The translations under genes were made by a program, and so were the position numbers. Positions 56,534 to 64,000 of a DNA stretch of 64,000 bases are shown piece after piece (positions within the stretch are counted from its first letter, which is position 1; each line of letters starts with the position of its first letter). The notes under the pieces are model-generated. The model was not told the origin of the DNA and ran no database searches. It worked only from the letters and a program-made list of their open reading frames with translations. Origin of the DNA: an uncultured Gammaproteobacteria bacterium (GTDB lineage: Bacteria > Patescibacteriota > Microgenomatia > UBA12405 > JAHJSD01). Location of the stretch: positions 183,156 through 247,155 of the forward strand of contig CAYRYE010000002.1 in the NCBI GenBank assembly GCA_964428655.1, read 5' to 3'.

Positions 56534-57232
56534 TTAAGGTGGCGGTGGATTAAACTCTTTAACCGCATCACCCCCAGGGGCTGCCGGTGTGTTGGTTGGG
56601 AGAACCGGTCCTGCGGGTGTATTAGTTGGGCCCCCTATAACCGGGGGTGTACTGGTTGGGAGAACCGGTCCTGCCGGTGTATTGGTTGGCACTGGAAAAT
56701 CCGGTACACAACAACAATCCCTTCTTGTGCCATAAGTCCCTAAAGGGACAAAACAATCTTCTGTATCTCCTATGTTAATTTCCCCAGCCTTGCAAGTTTC
56801 TAATCCAGGGTAAACAGCAGCTTCATCACAATACCCCGAAGAATAACCTTGGCTAACACATTTTGAATTGCACCCGCCTGCTTCCCTTGTTGGCTGTGGC
56901 CCTGGTTCCCTTGTTGGTTGTGGAGTTAAGGCGAGCTTGTAATTCTCCAGCCAATAAGTAAAATCAATTAAATCAACTCTACCACTGCAATCAATATCAC
57001 TCCTGGATCGAGTGTCACATGAAGCATTTCCAGAAAAATCCTCTTTTTGAACATCATCTAAGCTTTCCCCCAAAACAAAACCCGACTCTTTATACTTTTG
57101 TTCAAAGGCTAAATTTTGCTTTTTCTCTTCTTGAAGGTAAAAAGCTTTTACTCCTAAGATGGGCAAACAAATTAAAACACTCCCTAAAAAAACTAAACTC
57201 ACTAAAAATCTCCAGTCAGTTTGTCTAACCAT
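56534..57232 (-). CDS. Exported protein with a dockerin-like half repeat, a Cys-rich domain and PTNTPAGPVL repeats
   Basis: SDIDCSGRVDLIDFTYWLENY; CNSKC..GYC..C..C..CCC. Confidence 0.65.
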   Translation of the reverse strand: MVRQTDWRFLVSLVFLGSVLICLPILGVKAFYLQEEKKQNLAFEQKYKESGFVLGESLDDVQKEDFSGNASCDTRSRSDIDCSGRVDLIDFTYWLENYKLALTPQPTREPGPQPTREAGGCNSKCVSQGYSSGYCDEAAVYPGLETCKAGEINIGDTEDCFVPLGTYGTRRDCCCVPDFPVPTNTPAGPVLPTSTPPVIGGPTNTPAGPVLPTNTPAAPGGDAVKEFNPPPP

Positions 57233-57312
57233 ACATAATCATTCTGAAATAGTTTTTATTGGTTGTCAAGAAGTAATCGCAACGATATTACTTCTCAATT
57301 AAAGTCAACTCC

Positions 57313-57356
57313 GCGCCGCCGGCAAAGCCTTTGGCGACACACGATCAGTGTTGCCA
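57313..57356. repeat. 44-bp GC-rich intergenic element, copy 2
   Basis: Matches 21846-21889. Confidence 0.85.
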
Positions 57357-57386
57357 AACTTATCATTTTTCATCTGTTAAAAATAA

Positions 57387-58940
57387 TCAAAACGCTTTTC
57401 CTCTGATAATTTCCTGGCGATCAACCTTCCGATAACTCTCCAACCAGATATCAAAGTCAATTAAATCGACAGTGTGGTTAGGTTTGTCTTGTTCCTGGCA
57501 ATTAAAGTCAACTTTGGTTTTGTCTGATTGGGAAACAAATTGGCTGTTTAATATCTTTTGATAGACTTCAAGCCATAAAGAAAAGTCAATTAAATCAACC
57601 TTGCCGTCACAATCAGCATCACCCGGAGAACAGGAAGAACAGAAACGAATGGGGGTAGAAGTATTAGTTGGTCTGGGAGTATTAATAGCTGTTGGCCTTG
57701 GAGTGCTGGTGGGACGAGGGGTGGGAGTGGGGGTTTCAAGATAAGGTAAAATCCTGATCCAATCAATCTCCACCTTGGCGCCGATAGCAGAATTCCTGGT
57801 AATGGGGTCTATTCTCCAGAAATTAACCATACCACGCCAATTGGAATCTCTGCCAACAGGAATAGAGTATTCGTGCCAGCGATTGTCGGCAAAAACAGTA
57901 AAAGCTGTCAAATAAAAATTCACCCCTTTGTACCAATAAATATAGCCAAGTTGGGTGCCTCCCTTGCTAATCTTCATTCTTATCTTAATAGTTTGATTTT
58001 CATTTACATAAAAACTAAAATCTTTTGGTGAAAAAACATAGGGGTCAGTTCCAGTGATATCAAAGTTCAAAATACCATTACGAGAAGAGAGATTATTGGT
58101 TGAGCTGCTTTCATCCCAAAGCCACCAGCCTTCAGTGTTACCATCAGGCAAAAAGTCCCACTGGATTGCGCTAACAGGAGGAGTTCCATTGTAAAATTCA
58201 CCAATAACAGGATAGTGGTCAGATTTCTCAAATCCATGATCAATAATCACTTCTAGAGGAACAAAATTAAAAGGTGGTCTATTTTTAAACATAATGTGAT
58301 CTATCTTGCCAGTTTTTTGAATAGTAGTGTAGCGACTCGATGTCATCTTTAGAGCCACCTGATAGCCATCAGTATAGCCCTCTATCTTAAAACGAGGATC
58401 AATCGCGTCTAAGTTAAAATCGCCTAAAACAAAAACTGTTTCGCTTTCATATTCCCTTAGTTTAGGAACTAGTTCATTTATCAAAGTTGAAACATTAAGG
58501 TGTGGCAAAGGGTGATAGTTAAAAAATCTTATTGATTTTGAATTAATCTCAATTCTAAAGGTCTGAAGCTTGGAACCTTCACTAAAATTAAAAACTTCAT
58601 ACTCTCTAATAGGATAGCGGCTTAGAACTACTTGATAAATATCGCCTATTGCCCCATACCTTCTCCTGTAAACGTGTCTTCCATGCATCGGATATCCAAT
58701 GCTAGAAAGATGATTTAGAAGTTCTTGAAACTTATTGCTATCACCGCTAGATTCTTGGATACCGACAATATCAATTTTTTTAGCCTTGATATAATCAGCC
58801 AAAACCCTCTCTGTGGCCCCATCTAGGCCTAGGTGAATATTGTAGGTTAGAAGTCTAATTCGTTCCCCTTCAGCAAAAAGTTGTTTAGGGAAATAAAAAG
58901 AAAGGGCCAAACAAATTAAAAAAACTATTTTTTTTCTCAT
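57387..58940 (-). CDS. Secreted exonuclease/endonuclease/phosphatase (EEP) domain, carbohydrate-binding-like beta domain and dockerin-like module
   Basis: LLTYNI, DIVGIQE, VLSRYPI, VLGDFN, IDHI and SDHYPV motifs; C-terminal GDADCDGKVDLIDF. Confidence 0.85.
   Translation of the reverse strand: MRKKIVFLICLALSFYFPKQLFAEGERIRLLTYNIHLGLDGATERVLADYIKAKKIDIVGIQESSGDSNKFQELLNHLSSIGYPMHGRHVYRRRYGAIGDIYQVVLSRYPIREYEVFNFSEGSKLQTFRIEINSKSIRFFNYHPLPHLNVSTLINELVPKLREYESETVFVLGDFNLDAIDPRFKIEGYTDGYQVALKMTSSRYTTIQKTGKIDHIMFKNRPPFNFVPLEVIIDHGFEKSDHYPVIGEFYNGTPPVSAIQWDFLPDGNTEGWWLWDESSSTNNLSSRNGILNFDITGTDPYVFSPKDFSFYVNENQTIKIRMKISKGGTQLGYIYWYKGVNFYLTAFTVFADNRWHEYSIPVGRDSNWRGMVNFWRIDPITRNSAIGAKVEIDWIRILPYLETPTPTPRPTSTPRPTAINTPRPTNTSTPIRFCSSCSPGDADCDGKVDLIDFSLWLEVYQKILNSQFVSQSDKTKVDFNCQEQDKPNHTVDLIDFDIWLESYRKVDRQEIIRGKAF
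57431..57729 (-). repeat. 299-bp exact direct repeat, copy 1 (PT linker plus dockerin-like module)
   Basis: Identical by eye to 61634-61932. Confidence 0.95.
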
Positions 58941-59026
58941 CTGACTACTATTATATTACAAATATATCACACCAACGCCAAATAACGGAGATAGCTAAGA
59001 GGATAATTTCTCTACATTATGGCAGA

Positions 59027-60148
59027 TTATTGAAGGACTGTTAAGGGGTTTAACTTAGCACCGTTTTTGAATACTTCAAAGTGCAAGTGGATTCCTGTTG
59101 ATCTTCCCGTTGAACCCATCTGGCCAATAGCTTGACCAGAAGAAACTGCTTGACCGGCTTTAACTTGAATTCTGGCTAAATGACCATAAAGAGTTTGGTA
59201 GCCATTGCCATGATCAACAACAATGTGATTACCATAACCAACTCGGCTATGAATCACACTGGCCACCTTACCTCCAGCGGCCGCTACGACACTGGGAGCG
59301 TTTTTATTAGCGATATCAATGGCTCGATGATACCAGGTATAACGTTGGGAGACCTTTCCTGAAGTGGGCCAGATAAATGTTCCTTCGCCGGCAGAAACAG
59401 TAACTTCTTTTTGAGCAATATAGGTGGGAGGCGCGACCGGTTTTACTTTAGGCATAATTCCATCGGGAATAATTAGGCTTTGACCAACTGCCAAAGCAAA
59501 AGTCTCATCATTGGCAAAAGTATTAAAAGGAAAATCAACAATTGGCTGAGCATTGGCTTGATACTTCTTAGCAATAGAATAGATTGTCTCTCCTCTTTGG
59601 ACCTTATGAATAATTCCCGTTACTGGAGGAACCTTCAATCTGTCACCAGGTTTAATTTTGGTAACTGACTTAATTTTATTAGCCCAAATAACAGTGTCTA
59701 TGGAGACACCGAATTTATTGGCAATTGAAGAAACAGTGTCTCCTTGACGAACAACATATTCGACAATCTCGCCCCGAGGATGGGCGGATTCAATGGTAGC
59801 CACATTTTGGGCCTCCTCAGAATAAGCGGCCAGAGCAGAACTAGGCGAATAGGTATCCCAATCAAAGTCCTGCTTTCTTAAACTTGCTTCAATCTCGGGA
59901 GTCAAGGCAATGCCTGAGAACAGGAAAAGAGCCAGCCAGAAATGAGCAAATGGTTGTGACCAGCGACCCCTCTGGCGGTACAAAAGAGCAGAAAAAAAAC
60001 TTTTAACCGCCTCAAAGCTATAAAAAAGCCTCAAAACAAGGCTTTTAAAAAAGAAAAAGTAAGCGAGAAAAAAGTCACGCCAGTCGTGGAGACAAGCTTT
60101 GGATAGTTTTCTAAACTTCTTAAACACTTGAAATTTTCTCTTATTCAC
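59027..60148 (-). CDS. LysM-LysM-M23 peptidoglycan endopeptidase
   Basis: YVVRQGDTVSSIA and HKVQRGETIYSIA (LysM); HRAID, YGHL and STGIHLHFE (M23). Confidence 0.95.
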   Translation of the reverse strand: MNKRKFQVFKKFRKLSKACLHDWRDFFLAYFFFFKSLVLRLFYSFEAVKSFFSALLYRQRGRWSQPFAHFWLALFLFSGIALTPEIEASLRKQDFDWDTYSPSSALAAYSEEAQNVATIESAHPRGEIVEYVVRQGDTVSSIANKFGVSIDTVIWANKIKSVTKIKPGDRLKVPPVTGIIHKVQRGETIYSIAKKYQANAQPIVDFPFNTFANDETFALAVGQSLIIPDGIMPKVKPVAPPTYIAQKEVTVSAGEGTFIWPTSGKVSQRYTWYHRAIDIANKNAPSVVAAAGGKVASVIHSRVGYGNHIVVDHGNGYQTLYGHLARIQVKAGQAVSSGQAIGQMGSTGRSTGIHLHFEVFKNGAKLNPLTVLQ

Positions 60149-61397
60149 CTTTCGCCACTACTTTTTTCAAAAATTCCTTATTATTTTTGGTCTTTTTTAA
60201 CTGCTCGATGAAAAGCTCAGTCCGTTCTTTTTCACCCAAAAGGTCAATTATTCTTCTCATCCTAGCAATCAGCTTCATCTTTTTTTCCCCAAACAATAAT
60301 TCCTCTTTACGAGTGCCTGATTTTTGGATATCAAAGGCCGGGAATATCCTTCTTTCAGCCAAACCTCGACTAAGGTGAAGCTCCATATTGCCAGTACCCT
60401 TGAATTCCTCATAAATTAACTCGTCCATCCGGCTGCCAGTATCAATTAGGGTGGTGCCAATAATAGTCAGCGACCCGCCATCTTCAATATTCCGAGCTGC
60501 TCCTAAAAACTGCTTGGCCGGATATAAAGCAGTGGGGTCGAAACCACCAGATAAAGTTCTGCCTGAAGTAGGCGTTGCCAAATTATAGGCTCGAGCCAAC
60601 CTGGTGATCGAGTCCAGAATGATGAAAACATGCCTGCCTTGTTCAACCAATCTTTTGGCTCGCTCCAAAGCAATCTCGGCAGCTCTAACCTGACAAATAG
60701 GAGATTCATCAAAATTAGAAGCAATCACTTCACCCTTAACACTCCGAGTAATATCAGTTACCTCCTCCGGACGCTCGCCAATCAAAGCCGCCATCAAATG
60801 GATATCGGGATGATTTTCGGAAACACCGGCGGCAATATCCTTTAAGAGCCAGGTTTTGCCTGCCTTTGGCGGTGAAACAATCAAACCCCGCTGACCAAAA
60901 CCAATTGGAGCAATTAAATCTATCATTCGGGTAGAAACAACCTCTGATTTAGTCTCTAGCTCAATCTGGGGTTGAGGATAAATTGGGCTAAGTTGATCAA
61001 ACCCAGGTTTATCAGCTACTTTTTCAATGGGGATGTCATTGATTTTTTCCACCTTTAATAAGCCAAAGTAGCGCTCATTTTCTTTTGGCTGCCGCACCTG
61101 CCCTCCTACCATATCTCCTTTCCGAAGCTTAAAACGACGAATCTGAGAATTAGAAATATAGATATCGTCGTGGGAAGGAATAAAATTTGGCCTTAAAAAA
61201 CCATGCCCTTCGGGCATAACAGCCAAAACTCCCTCGTGGAAATTAGTGGGAACATCGGCATCAGGAATAATCCGGCCATCAACTTCTAAAAGCTGGCTAG
61301 GTGTCGCTATCACTCCTTCAACTTTTGATTTCTCCAAATCATCGGCAGTAACAACCACATCAGAAGATGGCTTAGGCTTAGTAGTTCTTGGAACCAT
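60141..61397 (-). CDS. rho: Transcription termination factor Rho
   Basis: GHGFLR, DIYISNSQIRRF, PIGFGQRGLIVSPPKAGKT, LDSITRLARAYN and EEFKGTGNMEL. Confidence 0.98.
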   Translation of the reverse strand: MVPRTTKPKPSSDVVVTADDLEKSKVEGVIATPSQLLEVDGRIIPDADVPTNFHEGVLAVMPEGHGFLRPNFIPSHDDIYISNSQIRRFKLRKGDMVGGQVRQPKENERYFGLLKVEKINDIPIEKVADKPGFDQLSPIYPQPQIELETKSEVVSTRMIDLIAPIGFGQRGLIVSPPKAGKTWLLKDIAAGVSENHPDIHLMAALIGERPEEVTDITRSVKGEVIASNFDESPICQVRAAEIALERAKRLVEQGRHVFIILDSITRLARAYNLATPTSGRTLSGGFDPTALYPAKQFLGAARNIEDGGSLTIIGTTLIDTGSRMDELIYEEFKGTGNMELHLSRGLAERRIFPAFDIQKSGTRKEELLFGEKKMKLIARMRRIIDLLGEKERTELFIEQLKKTKNNKEFLKKVVAKGE

Positions 61398-61619
61398 ATA
61401 ATCTCCTTTTATTAATAATTAATAACACAACAAAGAGTTAAAGAGATGATAAAAAGATGTCACAATGAAAAAATGGGCACTAATTAATTCAAATCCATGA
61501 AAACAAATTACTTTTCTATTTTATAGAATCTGCGAGGCCTTATCTAAACTGGGCTATTTATAGCAAATCAAACCTCTCTTGTCAAGCGCTACAACCTGTC
61601 AACCTTTAAAATTACAGAA

Positions 61620-63470
61620 TCAAGGCGTCCTTTGATAACTCTCCAACCAGATATCAAAGTCAATTAAATCGACAGTGTGGTTAGGTTTGTCTTGTTCCTG
61701 GCAATTAAAGTCAACTTTGGTTTTGTCTGATTGGGAAACAAATTGGCTGTTTAATATCTTTTGATAGACTTCAAGCCATAAAGAAAAGTCAATTAAATCA
61801 ACCTTGCCGTCACAATCAGCATCACCCGGAGAACAGGAAGAACAGAAACGAATGGGGGTAGAAGTATTAGTTGGTCTGGGAGTATTAATAGCTGTTGGCC
61901 TTGGAGTGCTGGTGGGACGAGGGGTGGGAGTGAAAGTTGGAGTAATTACTAATTGAGAAAGTTGAGGATAATGGCCAAATTGATAAACAAAATTCCAGAT
62001 TCTGCCCTTACTGAAATTCTTATTCCCATACCTTGTAATCTGATTGCCATCAGTATCGATAAAGGGAGTAATTATACCATTAGCAACATCTTTAACAAAA
62101 GCATTTTTGTGAAATAAACAAGCCTCCAGGCTGATCACGCTTGGATCCTGCTCAAGGCTATTAAATGAGTTAGGCGCGGGAGGCCTGGTAAAACTGGTAC
62201 TTGAGGGGGTAAAGAAGTCAGTAAAGGTAGCACTCATAAACTGGACATTATTCAATCCCTCCTTATCAAAACCATTAGTGTCATTGGAGACTCTAAATAT
62301 AAGGTGTCTGTTATTAAAGCTTCTGTTATTTGCAAAAGCGAGCGACGAATATCTACCATCATTAAGCAAATCTTTTATTTCCCATCTCATATCACCAGCC
62401 TTTGTAAACATTTTTCCTTCATCAAGTGGCCGATAGTATGCTGGAGGAATTGTGGTTCTGCCTCTTTCTGTTTTATAAATATGGGAAAAACCCAGAAGGT
62501 CTCGAAAGTTTCCGTCTCGAGGATTAGATTGATATACATCTGATGGCTCTTTTATCCTGTCTATTTGAGTAACACTACTATTAGTTAAATAAACTGATCG
62601 CTCATCCGGAGTTCCCCAAGTAAACCTATAATAAGCATTGGCTTTGTGGGCAAGATACTTTAGAGGGGTAAAGTAATCATTAACCTCACAAGAATTCCAG
62701 ATTACCGCCACTTCATTTATAGGCCCCATTGCCTCGAGAACCGGATTAACTTCTATGAGGGGATACTCATTGTTAATGCGGTAAGAAATAATGTAATTAA
62801 TCTTGTTTCCATTAATCGTTTCTTTGTTAAGCAAAGCATTTCTCATTGTGCCGGAAAACCAATAAATATCAGCAGTGCCTATACCCGTTGGCATATTTTT
62901 TTGAGGAAAATAATTTCCGCTCAAAGGGGCACCATTAGTAGAAAAGTTAGCAAAATAAGCATTTCCTGTATCTTCTCCCGAGCCTATCTGAACAGCCAAA
63001 ACACAGCCATCGCTTTCTCTATAACCGCTCCTGCCAAGTTCATTAACTACTCCTGCCACTCTATCACCAAATTTGAAATTTGGATTGCTGTTGTTTCCGT
63101 TTATGGTCCAAAAACCCTTCATCATGCCCCCACCACTGCCTGTTTTATTTACCTGCCTCACTGTTGTAACAGTGTTCTTTATCCAAGTGAAATAATGTTT
63201 AGTCAAAATAAGAAGATCGTGCCGGCCAAAATGTTCCAGGGGTTGACTGGGATGAGAAATAATGGAATTTTCTGCAGTGCGAGCAATCTGATTAACAATA
63301 GAAGAAGACGCCGCCGTGTAGTTTCTCACTAGTAATGCGCTATGCACCCCCTGAACTGACACTTCAGTAAACGCTTCTATTTTTGCAGGAAAACCAACCA
63401 GAAACAATACTAAAAAGCCTAAAATAGAAGATAACAAGAGAAAATTTTTACTCTGATGTGTTTTTTTCAT
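61620..63470 (-). CDS. Secreted protein of unknown function with C-terminal PT linker and dockerin-like module
   Basis: Signal peptide; C-terminal ~100 aa identical to those of the 57387 gene. Confidence 0.8.
   Translation of the reverse strand: MKKTHQSKNFLLLSSILGFLVLFLVGFPAKIEAFTEVSVQGVHSALLVRNYTAASSSIVNQIARTAENSIISHPSQPLEHFGRHDLLILTKHYFTWIKNTVTTVRQVNKTGSGGGMMKGFWTINGNNSNPNFKFGDRVAGVVNELGRSGYRESDGCVLAVQIGSGEDTGNAYFANFSTNGAPLSGNYFPQKNMPTGIGTADIYWFSGTMRNALLNKETINGNKINYIISYRINNEYPLIEVNPVLEAMGPINEVAVIWNSCEVNDYFTPLKYLAHKANAYYRFTWGTPDERSVYLTNSSVTQIDRIKEPSDVYQSNPRDGNFRDLLGFSHIYKTERGRTTIPPAYYRPLDEGKMFTKAGDMRWEIKDLLNDGRYSSLAFANNRSFNNRHLIFRVSNDTNGFDKEGLNNVQFMSATFTDFFTPSSTSFTRPPAPNSFNSLEQDPSVISLEACLFHKNAFVKDVANGIITPFIDTDGNQITRYGNKNFSKGRIWNFVYQFGHYPQLSQLVITPTFTPTPRPTSTPRPTAINTPRPTNTSTPIRFCSSCSPGDADCDGKVDLIDFSLWLEVYQKILNSQFVSQSDKTKVDFNCQEQDKPNHTVDLIDFDIWLESYQRTP
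61634..61932 (-). repeat. 299-bp exact direct repeat, copy 2
   Basis: Identical by eye to 57431-57729. Confidence 0.95.
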
Positions 63471-63571
63471 AACGATTAAGTTTATCTTATTCCTGCATCA
63501 TTTTTATTTAAGAATAGCATAATCATTATAATGCTTTCTCCTAACGAAGAAAATGTTACAATATCACTAAT

Positions 63572-64000
63572 ATGCAGTTCCTGCTCATTAAAGTTCCGAA
63601 GGGCAACGAGTACACCATTGAACAAACTTATGCTCTGCTTTCAAATTTAGTAGAGGCGAAAAAATTCAGTTTATTTTCGAGAAAAAAAACAATCATTTAC
63701 TCTTTGGAGATCATTTGTCTTGAACAAAAAATTTACTTTGTTGTTGGCGTACCTGAAACAAAGGTTGAGTTTTTCAAAGCCCAGCTTTTAGCTCAATTTA
63801 AGGAAGCAATGATTGAAAAATTCGATAGTTTACCGGTGTTGCGTACCTCAGCAACACCCGGTGTTGCCAATTTTACGCAATTAATTTTGGCTAGGCCGGA
63901 TTATTTGGCGTTGAAAACCACAGAAGAGTTTAAAGAAACCGACCCTTTGTCATCAGTTTTAGCAACTATGGCTAAAGCGGCTGACCCTAAACAATTTTTT
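63572..64000 (+). CDS. 5' part of a probable VirD4/TraG/DUF87-like ATPase of the type common in CPR (truncated by the window end)
   Basis: The open frame MQFLLIKVPKGNE...YSLEII..EQKIYFVV...QLLAQF...LKT.EEF..TDPLSSVLATM runs off the end; TGTTACAAT lies upstream. The P-loop is not within the window. Confidence 0.55.
   Translation, partial: MQFLLIKVPKGNEYTIEQTYALLSNLVEAKKFSLFSRKKTIIYSLEIICLEQKIYFVVGVPETKVEFFKAQLLAQFKEAMIEKFDSLPVLRTSATPGVANFTQLILARPDYLALKTTEEFKETDPLSSVLATMAKAADPKQFF

Noticed and set aside
42062-61932. Duplicated segments as DGR template/variable repeats
   Set aside because: There is no reverse transcriptase in the window. The 299-bp and 103-bp pairs are identical, and the 99-bp pair differs at synonymous non-A positions.
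749-63332. Numerous 60-150 aa ORFs nested in or antisense to long genes (e.g. 2003, 2387, 11383, 17982, 20027, 62901)
   Set aside because: They are overlapped by well-supported genes and have no motifs or promoters; treated as shadow ORFs.
1-64000. Alternative genetic code (TGA=Gly as in Gracilibacteria/Absconditabacteria)
   Set aside because: Conserved genes are full length under code 11, and several end at TGA (comEC, 26840, 29354, 53062).

Overview
AT-rich chromosomal window whose gene content and style (split comEC plus comEA, DUF2207, DUF4349, WxL-like cluster, giant LamG and fibre proteins, cohesin/dockerin proteins, near-leaderless promoters) suggest a Patescibacteria/CPR bacterium, probably Microgenomates. 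This taxonomy is inferred, not searched; TGA is used as a stop. 1-25 kb holds housekeeping and envelope genes (M16 peptidase, tRNA-Gly, vapBC, argS, leuS, comEC/comEA) interleaved with small basic orphan genes. 25-64 kb is a surface-protein region with rho. The best candidate for an undescribed system is the 32.4-53.1 kb operon. It encodes a protein made only of tyrosine-recombinase core-binding (SAM-like) domains, a 2457-aa LamG/propeller protein, a 3849-aa membrane-anchored fibre protein that also begins with a core-binding-like domain, and a TPR protein sharing the fibre's C-terminal domain. The fibre's modules are delimited by a repeat conserved at the DNA level (GGCAACGTCGGGATTGGGAC), suggesting in-frame cassette exchange. 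Other highlights: a complete Leu leader-peptide attenuator upstream of leuS (missed by the ORF track), an exact 299-bp duplicated dockerin module, a 103-bp palindrome-like duplicated signal-peptide element, dispersed small Cys-rich basic proteins (one broken at a poly-G run), and heptamer repeats inserted in frame in core genes. All domain calls come from motif recognition by eye, with no database searches.
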